DNA of 64,000 nucleotides, taken from contig CAIYOD010000139.1 in assembly GCA_903927755.1 (NCBI GenBank), forward strand, positions 185-64,184, written 5' to 3'. The notes below the pieces were generated by a model. The model saw only the letters and a program-made list of their open reading frames with translations. It did no database searches and was not told where the DNA came from. This DNA is from an uncultured Thermoleophilia bacterium. GTDB taxonomy: Bacteria > Actinomycetota > Thermoleophilia > UBA2241. Made by a program: the position numbers and the translations under genes. Below, piece after piece: positions 10,440 through 19,610 of the stretch (position 1 is its first letter; every line of letters starts with the position of its first letter).

Positions 10440-12053
10440 ATGTACGGTTCCGACCTGGTCGCGGCCAGGTACTGCGGGCTGGACCGGCCCCCGACTCCGC
10501 CGATCGGCCTGTGGATGCACGGCTGGTATCCCGAGGCCTGGCCGCTCGAACAGGCCGATCACCTCTTCTACGTGACGCTGGCCGGGCTCCAGAACACGCG
10601 CCTGTGGGTGACGACCAAACGGCAGGAGACCTTCCTCCGCGGTCGCGGCTACACCGAGGCCCGGGCGATCGGCCTCCCGATCGCCTACGTGAAGGACCCC
10701 CGGGTCACCAGAGAGGCGGGCAGTCTCCTCGTGATGCCGGCGCACTCACTCCCCGGGAACGACCGTGCCGCGGCGACCAGAGAATACGTCGACTCCATCA
10801 AGGCGCTCCGTCCGCACTTCGCACGCATCTGCGTCTGCATCAACGGCCACGACTGGGACCGCGGCAACTGGATCGGCGAGTTCAGCGAGCAAGGATTCGA
10901 GGTCATGCGTGGAGCGGGAGACAAGTCGACCTTCCAGCGGAACGTCGCGCTGTTCTCCCGGTTCGAGGCCGTGACCACCAACGGCTTCGGCTCTCTCATC
11001 GCCTATGCCTCCGCCTGTGGCGCCAAGGCGTCGTTCTACGGGCGCTTCTCGGAGGTCGGACCCGACACTCTGAGGAACCTCCCCTTCTTCATCGACAATC
11101 CGGGGCTGATCGAAGCGGAGGCCCAGTACACCACCGAGCACTTCTGCAGGGAGACACTCCCGCAGTTCTTCTGCCATCCGGCCGAAGCCGAGGAGCATGT
11201 GGACTGGGGCCGGGCGGAGATCGGTCGGCCCGATCGGGTGTCTCCCGAGGAGATGCGGGAGTTCTTCGGATGGTCGCCCGCCTCGCGCGCCCGCTCGGCC
11301 GCCCGATCGGCTGTGACCCGGCTGGCGTCGTCGGCCGCGTCCTCGGCGCGAGCAGCGGTGCGGCGGCGACGGGAGCGTGGAGACCAGCTGCAGACTGAGC
11401 GCCGCCGCCTCGAGGCGCTGCGGGGCGACTCGCCGGGCGCCGCGCCTCTCTTCGGCGGGTCGTTCGCCTTCCGCTCGCCCCGCGAGCTCCTGGCAGCGTA
11501 CGATGACTGCTTCATCCGCGAGTCGTATCGGTTCCGCGCAACGTCCGAGGAGCCGCGGGTGATCGACGGCAGCGCAGGGACCGGCATGGCGGTCCTGTAC
11601 TGCAAATCGCTCTACCCGCGGGCGCGGGTCCTCGCCTTCGAGCAGTCTCGCGAGGCCTTCGCCGCACTCGAGGCGAACTGCGAGACGTTCGGGCTCGAGG
11701 ACGTGCAACTCAGGCTCGAATCGTCGTGGGGAGTAGGCGCGCGGCGAGCCCTTCGGGACTGGCTCACGGACGGCGACCGCATCGATCTCGTCAAGATGGA
11801 CCTCGCGCCGGCGAACGCTGCTTCCCTGCCCGAGCTCTCGGAGTTGTTTGCCAGCGCAGAGAGCGTCGTCATCGACTACACGGCCCGGGGCGATGAGTCG
11901 CAGAACCTCGCGCCGGTGTTCCGGCAACTTCAGGACGCCGGCCTCAGGGCGGCCATCCAGACGGGTGATCTCGCGCGGCGACGTCCGCTCGTGACGCTGC
12001 CGAGCATCGGGGACAGAGTCACGCGTCTGCGGATCCTGGGCTTCCGGCTCTGA
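10440..12053 (+). CDS. Two-domain glycan-modifying protein. The N-terminal domain (about 300 aa) is uncharacterised; the C-terminal domain is an FkbM-family SAM-methyltransferase-like domain.
   Basis: In-frame ATG at 10440 (MYGSDLVAARY) within ORF 10224..12053. The upstream extension is Arg/Gly/Pro-rich. The C-terminal VIDGSAGTGMAVLYCKSLYPRARVLAFEQSREAFAALEANCETFGL matches the FkbM-type pattern (I/V)D(V/G)GAN(I/T)G...(A/V)FEP. The start is uncertain. Confidence 0.6.
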   Translation: MYGSDLVAARYCGLDRPPTPPIGLWMHGWYPEAWPLEQADHLFYVTLAGLQNTRLWVTTKRQETFLRGRGYTEARAIGLPIAYVKDPRVTREAGSLLVMPAHSLPGNDRAAATREYVDSIKALRPHFARICVCINGHDWDRGNWIGEFSEQGFEVMRGAGDKSTFQRNVALFSRFEAVTTNGFGSLIAYASACGAKASFYGRFSEVGPDTLRNLPFFIDNPGLIEAEAQYTTEHFCRETLPQFFCHPAEAEEHVDWGRAEIGRPDRVSPEEMREFFGWSPASRARSAARSAVTRLASSAASSARAAVRRRRERGDQLQTERRRLEALRGDSPGAAPLFGGSFAFRSPRELLAAYDDCFIRESYRFRATSEEPRVIDGSAGTGMAVLYCKSLYPRARVLAFEQSREAFAALEANCETFGLEDVQLRLESSWGVGARRALRDWLTDGDRIDLVKMDLAPANAASLPELSELFASAESVVIDYTARGDESQNLAPVFRQLQDAGLRAAIQTGDLARRRPLVTLPSIGDRVTRLRILGFRL

Positions 12054-12073
12054 CCGCCGGCGACGACCACTCC

Positions 12074-12865
12074 ATGCCGACCGGATCCGCGTCCACCGCC
12101 ACCCTCGCCGTCGTCGTGCCGGTCTATCGCCCGGACCTCAGCGCGGACGAGCGCCTGACGCTGAGGCAGCTGGAGCACTACCTGCCGGCGGCGGAGAAGC
12201 ACCTGCTCATGCCCGAAGGCCTCTCGTTCCACCGTCCCGGATATCACGAGGCACGCTTCGCGCCAGCCTTCTTCGCGGACCTCCGCGGCTACAACCGCCT
12301 CATGCTCGACGACCGCCTGTACGCCCACTTCGACCGCTACGAGTACATTCTCATCCACCAGCTGGACGCTCTCGTCCTGAGCCCCGACATCGGGCGGTTC
12401 CTGGACCTCGGCGTCGATTATCTGGGCGCTCCCTGGATCGACTACGGTCCGGATGGGGCTCCGCGTCTGGCGAGGGTCGGCAACGGCGGGTTGTCGCTGC
12501 GGAGAGTGAGCGCCTTCCGGCGCCTGCTGTCCTCGCACATCTCGGCGCGGCAGTACTACCGACACGCCTATGAGGGATCTTCCCGTCTGGTGGGCTTGCT
12601 CAAGGCCGGACTGAAGGGGCTGGGCGTGCGCAGCGCGATCGGGCGAGACATCCTGGACTCACTGGGGAACGAGGACGAGTTCATTGCCGAGCGCGCCACC
12701 GTCTACGACCGCGGCTTCAGGATCGGCGACCTCCCACAGGCGCTCGCCTTCGCCTTCGAACGAGAGCCGCGCTTCTGCTTCGCCGAAGCCGGGGGCAGGC
12801 TCCCATGGGGCGTCCACGCCTGGGAGAAATACGACCGCGGCTTCTGGGAGCCGCACATCGTCTGA
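12074..12865 (+). CDS. Conserved glycan-cluster protein, DUF5672-like (function unknown)
   Basis: 263-aa ORF with high third-position GC. The motifs LAVVVPVYRP, YLGAPW and GNGGLSLRR recall the DUF5672 family; the family assignment is from memory only. Confidence 0.6.
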   Translation: MPTGSASTATLAVVVPVYRPDLSADERLTLRQLEHYLPAAEKHLLMPEGLSFHRPGYHEARFAPAFFADLRGYNRLMLDDRLYAHFDRYEYILIHQLDALVLSPDIGRFLDLGVDYLGAPWIDYGPDGAPRLARVGNGGLSLRRVSAFRRLLSSHISARQYYRHAYEGSSRLVGLLKAGLKGLGVRSAIGRDILDSLGNEDEFIAERATVYDRGFRIGDLPQALAFAFEREPRFCFAEAGGRLPWGVHAWEKYDRGFWEPHIV

Positions 12866-12926
12866 ACGCACCGAGAGAGGGTCGCATGCCGGATCTCACG
12901 AACAGGGGATGGGATACGCTTAGGAG

Positions 12927-13868
12927 ATGATGGACCGGATTCTCGTCACCGGCTGCGCCGGCTTCATAGGCTCGTCTCTCACCGACCGGCTGCTGGCCGC
13001 CGGTCATTCGGTCGTGGGCATCGATTCCTTCGAAGACTATTACGCGCGCGCCGACAAGGAGCGCAATCTCGTCGGCGCACTCGACGACGAGCGATTCACG
13101 CTCGTCGAGCAGGACCTCGTCGAGGCCGATCTCGCGCGACTGGTCGACGGCGTCTCGTGCGTCTATCACCTTGCCGCCCAAGCCGGGGTCCGGGCGAGTT
13201 GGGGCTCGAGCTTCGACGTGTACGCGCGCAACAACGTGCTCGCCACGCAGCGGCTACTGGAGGCGAGCCGCGCGGCCGGGGTCCCCAAGCTGGTCTACGC
13301 GTCCTCCTCCTCCGTATACGGCGATCAGGACGAGTTGCCGCTGCGCGAAGACATGACGCCGCGCCCGCGCTCGCCCTACGGCGTCACCAAACTCGCCGGT
13401 GAGCACCTCTGCCTTCTCTATCAGGCCAACTACGGCCTCGACACGGTGGCGCTCCGGTTCTTCACGGTCTACGGCCCCCGGCAGCGCCCCGACATGGCCT
13501 TCAACCGGTTCATCAGGGCGATCGTCGCCGACGAGGAGATCGCCGTGTACGGCGACGGCTCGCAGACGAGGGACTTCACCTTCATCGACGACATCGTCGA
13601 CGGCCTCGTGCGCGCCCCCAGGGCGCCGGCCGGAGCCGTGATGAACCTCGGCGGCGGAAACCGCGTGACGCTCATGGATACGCTGTCGACGCTCGGGGAG
13701 ATCCTGGGCAGGACGCCCCGGCTGCGGTTTCAGCCGGTCGAGGCGGGCGACGTCCGGGACACCTGGGCCGACGTGACCGCCGCCGAGACGCTCATCGACT
13801 ACCGTCCGACCACCGGTCTCGCCGACGGCCTCGCGCGCGAGTGCGAGTGGATGGCAAGGGGCGCGTGA
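12927..13868 (+). CDS. NAD-dependent nucleotide-sugar epimerase/dehydratase (extended SDR)
   Basis: AGGAG lies directly upstream of ATGATG. Rossmann motif VTGCAGFIGS; catalytic SPYGVTKLAGE (YxxxK). Confidence 0.9.
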   Translation: MMDRILVTGCAGFIGSSLTDRLLAAGHSVVGIDSFEDYYARADKERNLVGALDDERFTLVEQDLVEADLARLVDGVSCVYHLAAQAGVRASWGSSFDVYARNNVLATQRLLEASRAAGVPKLVYASSSSVYGDQDELPLREDMTPRPRSPYGVTKLAGEHLCLLYQANYGLDTVALRFFTVYGPRQRPDMAFNRFIRAIVADEEIAVYGDGSQTRDFTFIDDIVDGLVRAPRAPAGAVMNLGGGNRVTLMDTLSTLGEILGRTPRLRFQPVEAGDVRDTWADVTAAETLIDYRPTTGLADGLARECEWMARGA

Positions 13869-14728
13869 TGGCCAAAGACGCGCACACGGAGACTCGCGTC
13901 TACACGCCGGAATCCGAGGTCCGTCATCCCCTCCGGCTCATCCGCAGCATGGGCTCCGACGTCCTGGCGGGCAGAGAGTTGGCCTGGCGTCTGTTCGTCA
14001 GGGACACCGCGGCGCAGTACCGCCAGTCGGCCTTGGGCTACTTCTGGGTCATCCTGCCGCCGCTCGTCACGAGCCTCATCTTCATCCTGCTCAACTCCGC
14101 GAACGTGCTCGTCAGCGACGACCTCGGCATGTCGTACCCCGTCTACGTCCTGACGGGCACGGTCTTCTTCGGCCTCTTCTCAGACGGCATGGCCGCCCCC
14201 CTGCGGACGATCGCGGCCTCCAAGCCGCTGCTGATCAAGGTCAACTTCCCGAGGGAGGCGCTGCTCCTCACCGCGTGGATGCAGACGGCACTCAGCTGCC
14301 TCATCAGGATCGCACTGCTGGCCGTCTGCCTGCTGTTGCTGCAGGCGCACATCGCTGCGACTGCGCCCCTGGTCATCATCCCGGCCGCCGGCCTCATGCT
14401 CTTCGGCATCATGCTCGGCGTCCTGATGGTGCCGATGGGAGCGCTGTTCCAGGACATCACCTACGGCATGGTCCTGATCACCAACGCCCTCATGCTCATC
14501 ACCCCGGTGGTCTACGCCCCACCGGACAGCGGCACGCTGGCGACCATCATGAAGTACAACCCGCTGTCGCCACTCATCTTGTGCTCAAGGGACCTGCTGA
14601 TCACCGGGGACACGACCTACCTGCCGGCCACGCTGGTCGTCATGGCAGTCTGCCTGGTGCTCTTCGTCGTAGGCTGGATCCTCTTCCGTCTCGCGGTCCC
14701 GATCCTCGTGGAGCGCCTCGGATCGTGA
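13868..14728 (+). CDS. wzm: ABC-2 type polysaccharide export permease (Wzm/TagG-like)
   Basis: The ATG at 13868 overlaps the upstream TGA. There are about six hydrophobic helices (e.g. YFWVILPPLVTSLIFILL, LVVMAVCLVLFVVGWILF). It lies immediately upstream of, and overlaps, the ATPase gene. Confidence 0.85.
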   Translation: MAKDAHTETRVYTPESEVRHPLRLIRSMGSDVLAGRELAWRLFVRDTAAQYRQSALGYFWVILPPLVTSLIFILLNSANVLVSDDLGMSYPVYVLTGTVFFGLFSDGMAAPLRTIAASKPLLIKVNFPREALLLTAWMQTALSCLIRIALLAVCLLLLQAHIAATAPLVIIPAAGLMLFGIMLGVLMVPMGALFQDITYGMVLITNALMLITPVVYAPPDSGTLATIMKYNPLSPLILCSRDLLITGDTTYLPATLVVMAVCLVLFVVGWILFRLAVPILVERLGS

Positions 14729-16110
14729 CAGAAGCAGCCGAACTGGTGGTCTGCAATGGCCTGTCGAAGCGGTTCTGCCGCCGTCTCAAGCGCTCGCTCT
14801 GGTACGGGCTCCTCGACATCGGTGCGGAGGCCATCGGACGCCGGAGCGCGGAGGGACGGCTTCGCCGCGAGGAGTTCTGGGCGCTGGACGGCGTGGACTT
14901 CAGCGTGAAGCGCGGCGAGATGCTCGGCCTCATAGGCGTCAACGGATCCGGGAAGAGCACCCTGCTCAAGATGCTGAACGGGTTGATGAAGCCCGACGGG
15001 GGCAGCCTCACGCTCCACGGAGAGGTGCAGGCCCTCATCGAGCTCGGCGCCGGATTCAACCCCATCCTCTCGGGACGCGAGAACGTGCGCATCAACGCAT
15101 CCGTACTCGGACTGACCAAGACACAGATCGACCGGGTCCTCCCGAACATCATCGAGTTTGCCGGCCTCGAGGCCTTCATCGACGCCCCCGTGCAGAACTA
15201 CAGCTCCGGCATGAAGGCGCGTCTCGGGTTCGCCGTCGTGAGCCAACTGGACCCCGACGTCCTCCTGATCGACGAAGTCCTTGCAGTCGGAGACACGGCG
15301 TTCCAGGAGAAGTGCATGCGGCGCATGGATGCCCTGCGCAAGTCCGACAAGGCGATCATCTTCGTGACGCACAGCCTCTATCAGGTCGAGGCGCTCTGCG
15401 ACTCGGCCATGTGGCTCGAGCACGGAAGGGTCCGCGAATACGGCCCGGCGAACGAGGTCGTGCGCTCGTACCTCGACCACCAGGAACAGCAGGCCATGAG
15501 CGACTCGAAGGACGAGGGCGTCGACTACGAGGGCAGGGGGACGGCAGCCACCCGGGCGTTCTTCGACGCCCGCGACGCCACAGCGGACCAGGCGCAGCAC
15601 GCCGCCAAGGACGGGCACGCGATGGTGATCGAGGGTGTCGACCTCCTCTCGGCGGACGGCGAGCCGTGCGACGAGTTGCCGTTCCTGTCGAGCTGCACGA
15701 TCAGGATCCGGTACGACTGTCCCCGGCCCATCGCCGAACCTCTCTTCAACCTCAGGTTCTACCAGAACGGTGCCGGCATCCTGGAGGCGAGCATGCTCAT
15801 CGACGGGGCCGGCCCGGAGTCCGCCGAAGGCAAGGGCGTGGTCGAATGCCACATCCCATCCCTGCCGCTCACGCCGAAAGTCTACGAAGTGAAGCTCTTC
15901 GTGCGCAGCGGAGAGGGCATCGCGAACCTCATCGAGATGCGCACCGTGGCACGCTTCCGCGTGACCGACGAAGGAATCGACGCGGTCCCGCTGCGAGGCC
16001 CGATGGCCGTCAATCACCTCCGGCAAGGAGCTCCCGTCTACGTCCCGAGAGAATGGCGCTTCTACAAAGACGGAGAGCTCACGGACACGGTCCGCTCCTC
16101 AGACGACTGA
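14725..16110 (+). CDS. wzt: Polysaccharide ABC exporter ATP-binding protein with a C-terminal Wzt_C-like glycan-binding domain
   Basis: GTG start at 14725 overlaps the wzm stop (GTGA). Walker A GVNGSGKST, signature YSSGMKARLGF, Walker B LLIDEVLAVGD. A roughly 200-aa C-terminal extension (MVIEGVDLLSADGEP...VYEVKLFVRSG...) sits beyond the NBD. Confidence 0.9.
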   Translation: MTEAAELVVCNGLSKRFCRRLKRSLWYGLLDIGAEAIGRRSAEGRLRREEFWALDGVDFSVKRGEMLGLIGVNGSGKSTLLKMLNGLMKPDGGSLTLHGEVQALIELGAGFNPILSGRENVRINASVLGLTKTQIDRVLPNIIEFAGLEAFIDAPVQNYSSGMKARLGFAVVSQLDPDVLLIDEVLAVGDTAFQEKCMRRMDALRKSDKAIIFVTHSLYQVEALCDSAMWLEHGRVREYGPANEVVRSYLDHQEQQAMSDSKDEGVDYEGRGTAATRAFFDARDATADQAQHAAKDGHAMVIEGVDLLSADGEPCDELPFLSSCTIRIRYDCPRPIAEPLFNLRFYQNGAGILEASMLIDGAGPESAEGKGVVECHIPSLPLTPKVYEVKLFVRSGEGIANLIEMRTVARFRVTDEGIDAVPLRGPMAVNHLRQGAPVYVPREWRFYKDGELTDTVRSSDD

Positions 16111-16128
16111 TGCGCCCGCGATAGACTC

Positions 16129-17142
16129 TTGCCCAACCACTCAACCCTGAAATGGGGGTCGCCCGTCGTGTCCACATCTCAGACCGTCCTCGTCACCGGC
16201 GGAGCCGGCTACATCGGCTCCCTGCTCGCGCGCGAACTGCTGGCAGGCGGGCACCGCGTCGTCGCGGCGGACGCCCTGCTGTTCGGCGGCGAAGCCCTGC
16301 TCGACCTGCTGTCGCATCCGGACTTCACGTTCTCGAAGACCGACGTCACCGACTCCGCCCAGCTCGCCGCCCTGTTCGACGGCCGTCACTTCGACGCCGT
16401 CGTCCACCTCGCCTCGATCGTCGGTGATCCGGCCTGCAAGGCCCAGCCGGAGCTCGCCGAGCGCACCATCTGGGACGGATCACGGGAGCTCTTCGAATCG
16501 TGCGAGCGCTCCGGCGTGCAGCGGTTCATCTTCGCCTCGACCTGCAGCAACTACGGGAAGATGGAAGGCCAGGACATGCTCGACGAAGACGCGGAACTGC
16601 GCCCCGTCAGCCTGTACGCCGAGCTCAAGGTCCGCTTCGAGCGCTACCTCCTGGAACGATCGACCCCGGTCGACTACACGCTGCTCCGGTTCGCCACGGT
16701 CTACGGACTCTCCCTGCGGCCGCGCTTCGACCTCACCATCAACGAGTTCGCGAGAGACGCGCTCCTCAAGGGTGAGCTGGAGATCTACGGACCGCGATTC
16801 TGGCGTCCCTACTGCCACGTGAGCGACATCGTGCGCGGCGTGATCCACGTCCTGGAGTCCGACCGCGACAGGGTCGCGCGCCGGACGTTCAACGTGGGAT
16901 GCAACGAGGAGAACTACCAGAAGGGCACCATCGCCGAGGAGGTCGGCAGGCAGATCCCGACGCAGATCACGCTGGTCGAGCGAGACGAGGACCCGCGCGA
17001 CTACAGGGTCAACTTCGACCGCATCGCCGCACTCGGGTTCCAGCCACGGATGCGCCTGGCCGACGGCATCAGGGAGATCGCCCGCGCGGTGGGCGACGGC
17101 CTCATCGCGGACCCCTACGATCCTCGCTACCGGAACTCGTGA
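16129..17142 (+). CDS. NAD-dependent nucleotide-sugar epimerase/dehydratase (extended SDR)
   Basis: VTGGAGYIGS Rossmann motif; SLYAELKVRFE (YxxxK). The start is either TTG at 16129 or in-frame GTG at 16168. Confidence 0.85.
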   Translation: MPNHSTLKWGSPVVSTSQTVLVTGGAGYIGSLLARELLAGGHRVVAADALLFGGEALLDLLSHPDFTFSKTDVTDSAQLAALFDGRHFDAVVHLASIVGDPACKAQPELAERTIWDGSRELFESCERSGVQRFIFASTCSNYGKMEGQDMLDEDAELRPVSLYAELKVRFERYLLERSTPVDYTLLRFATVYGLSLRPRFDLTINEFARDALLKGELEIYGPRFWRPYCHVSDIVRGVIHVLESDRDRVARRTFNVGCNEENYQKGTIAEEVGRQIPTQITLVERDEDPRDYRVNFDRIAALGFQPRMRLADGIREIARAVGDGLIADPYDPRYRNS

Positions 17143-17155
17143 GGGCGGAACGCCC

Positions 17156-18295
17156 ATGATCCCTCTCAGCGAGCCCGTCCTCCAGGGACGAGAGCTGGAG
17201 TACGTCGGCGAGTGTCTCGAGACCGGTTGGGTCTCGTCCAACGGGGAGTTCGTGGTGCGGTTCGAGCGCACCCTCGCCGAGTACCTCCACGTACGGCACG
17301 CGGTCGCCTGCGACTGCGGCACCTCGGCCCTGCACGTCTCCCTCCTGCTGTCGGGTGTGGGGACGGACGACGAGGTCCTCGTCCCGTCGCTGACCTTCAT
17401 CGCGCCGGTGAACTCCGTGCGCTACGTCGGAGCCTGGCCGGTGTTCATCGGCTGCGACGACTACTGCTGTCTCGATGTGGCGGCGATGCGCGACTTCCTC
17501 ACGAAGGAGTGCTTGCGTGTGGAGGGCGTCACCGTCAACCGGCGGACCGGCCGCAGGATCGCGGCCGTCATCCCCGTCCATGTCTTCGGCACGCCGGCGG
17601 ACATGGACGCCGTCCAGGAGCTGGCGAGCGACCACGGTCTCGCGGTCGTGGAAGACGCCAGCGAAGCTCTGGGATCGACCTACAAGGGCAGGAACTGCGG
17701 GTCCCTCGCCGCGCTCGCCTGCCTCAGCTTCAACGGCAACAAGATCGTCACCAGCGGCGGCGGAGGCGCGATCCTCACCGATGACGACGCCCTCGCGGAG
17801 AGGGCCCGCTACCTCACGACGCAGGCGAAGGACCCGGGCATCGAGTACGTCCACGGCGCCGTCGGCTACAACTACCGCATGAACAACATCCTGGCGGCGC
17901 TGGGACTGGCACAGCTGGAGACGATCGGCGACCGCCTCGCCGTCAAGCGAGCGAACCTCACGCGGTATGAGGCGGCGCTCGGCCCGGCGGGGGCCTCACG
18001 GCTGCTCGGACAGCCGTCGTGGAGCGACGCCAACCGCTGGTTCTACGCATACCTCTGCGACGACGTCGCGGCGAAGGACGAGCTGCTGACGGCCTGCGGC
18101 GCGGCCGACATCCAGGCGCGACCGCTGTGGTACCCGAATCACCTGCAGCGTCCTTACACCGACATGCAAGCGTACCGGGTCGAGCGCGCCGTGTGGTTCT
18201 ACGAGCGCCTCGTCAATCTGCCGTGCTCGGTGACGCTGACTCCCGGGCAGATCGAGCAGGTCGTCTCGGTCATCGAGCGGGTGCGGACGGCGTAG
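17156..18295 (+). CDS. DegT/DnrJ/EryC1/StrS-family PLP-dependent sugar aminotransferase
   Basis: 379-aa ORF. MIPLSEPVLQGRELEYVGECLETGWVSS and the PLP-lysine context SFNGNKIVTSGGGGAILTDD are typical of the family. Confidence 0.9.
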   Translation: MIPLSEPVLQGRELEYVGECLETGWVSSNGEFVVRFERTLAEYLHVRHAVACDCGTSALHVSLLLSGVGTDDEVLVPSLTFIAPVNSVRYVGAWPVFIGCDDYCCLDVAAMRDFLTKECLRVEGVTVNRRTGRRIAAVIPVHVFGTPADMDAVQELASDHGLAVVEDASEALGSTYKGRNCGSLAALACLSFNGNKIVTSGGGGAILTDDDALAERARYLTTQAKDPGIEYVHGAVGYNYRMNNILAALGLAQLETIGDRLAVKRANLTRYEAALGPAGASRLLGQPSWSDANRWFYAYLCDDVAAKDELLTACGAADIQARPLWYPNHLQRPYTDMQAYRVERAVWFYERLVNLPCSVTLTPGQIEQVVSVIERVRTA

Positions 18296-18299
18296 TCTC

Positions 18300-19610
18300 T
18301 CAGCCGTCCGCCGCGGCGGCCAGGCGCTTGAGGTAGGTGACGTTGTCCCAGCTGCGCGCGGCCTCGCCCGCGGCCCAGGTCCGGATCCTCTCGCGGAACC
18401 CGTCGCCGGCCTCCAGCAGCTCGAACAGCGCGCCGGCGAGCTCTTCCGCCTCTCCTTCCAGTTGCAGCGCATCGAAGGTGCGCTCGGGCAGCGACGCGGC
18501 GCGCATCAACGACTGCATCTTGAAGGTCTTGGACGAGAGCGCGACGACGGGCGCCCCGCCACGGAGGGCGAAGATCGCGGGATGCCACCGGCCCCCGATG
18601 TAGGCATCGGCGTTTCCCACGATGTCGACCGCCTGCTGCACCGGCGTCGTGACGCCGACGAGGGGCAAGCCGGTCTCGAAGGCGAGTAGCTCGAAGATCC
18701 TCTGATCCGGGATGTCCGACGCCGTGAGGACGATCTGCCCGTGGTACACGCCGCGAAGAGCCTCAATGAGAGTGGCGAACCCGTGGACCCGTCCCGGTGG
18801 ATCCCAGCGCGACCAGAGGATGGATGACCCGCCGATGCACAGGTACGGACGCGCCGGATCGAAGCCGGCGACGTGCGGCCAGATGTCGAAGTAGGAGGGG
18901 CGTCCGGCGATCACCGCCCAGGCATCTCTCTCGGCCGGCTCGTACGTGAAGGCGGTGTCGGCGCCGAACCTCCCGCCGCACACGCCCCCGCTGACCTCAG
19001 CCGAGATCGGATCGCGGAACACGACGTCATCGAACAGCGGGTACACGTGCTCCGCGATCCGGCGCAGCACCGGATCGGCCAGGTCGGCCGTGTGGTTGAC
19101 GATGATGACCGGCTTGCCCAGCTTGGCCTTCAGGATGTAGGTCAGGAACAGTTCCGTCCGCGGGACGATGCCTGCGCCGTCCATCGAGGCGCCGTGGATG
19201 ACCGCCACCTGGGCCCGCTCCATCGCGTCGAGCAGCGCGGGCCAGCCGTAGCCCTGCTCGCGGCGCACGGCGCGCGCAGCCGGCTCGAAGTCCTCCCAGG
19301 TGCGCGGGATGAGGCCCGCTCCCCCGGGCTCGGGGCGGCGACTCATCAGCCGCCGCCTGACCCCGAGGATGCCCGGCGGCGTGCACAGCCTCACCACCCG
19401 CCGGAACGCGGTCTCGTCACCGTCTCCGTCGGGGTCGCCCAGCGATGGCTGCGCCGGGGCGAACGACGACGTCCACAGTGCGTCCTCGGTCACCCGGTGG
19501 GCGATGCGGCCGCCGCTCTCGTCCACCATCCGCATGAGAGCGGACGCCGCAGCCCGGTCCCCCCAGTTCGTGTTGGTCGTCGAATCGTTGATCAGGAGGA
19601 CGTCGATCAC
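18300..19610 (-). CDS. Polysaccharide pyruvyl-transferase-family protein (putative)
   Basis: 436-aa ORF. N-terminal LLINDSTTNTNWGDRAA and C-terminal YIGGRWHPAIFALRGGAPVVALSSKTFKM resemble the PS_pyruv_trans pattern (N-x-GD ... R-x-H ... P-x-I/V). Confidence 0.6.
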   Translation of the reverse strand: MIDVLLINDSTTNTNWGDRAAASALMRMVDESGGRIAHRVTEDALWTSSFAPAQPSLGDPDGDGDETAFRRVVRLCTPPGILGVRRRLMSRRPEPGGAGLIPRTWEDFEPAARAVRREQGYGWPALLDAMERAQVAVIHGASMDGAGIVPRTELFLTYILKAKLGKPVIIVNHTADLADPVLRRIAEHVYPLFDDVVFRDPISAEVSGGVCGGRFGADTAFTYEPAERDAWAVIAGRPSYFDIWPHVAGFDPARPYLCIGGSSILWSRWDPPGRVHGFATLIEALRGVYHGQIVLTASDIPDQRIFELLAFETGLPLVGVTTPVQQAVDIVGNADAYIGGRWHPAIFALRGGAPVVALSSKTFKMQSLMRAASLPERTFDALQLEGEAEELAGALFELLEAGDGFRERIRTWAAGEAARSWDNVTYLKRLAAAADG

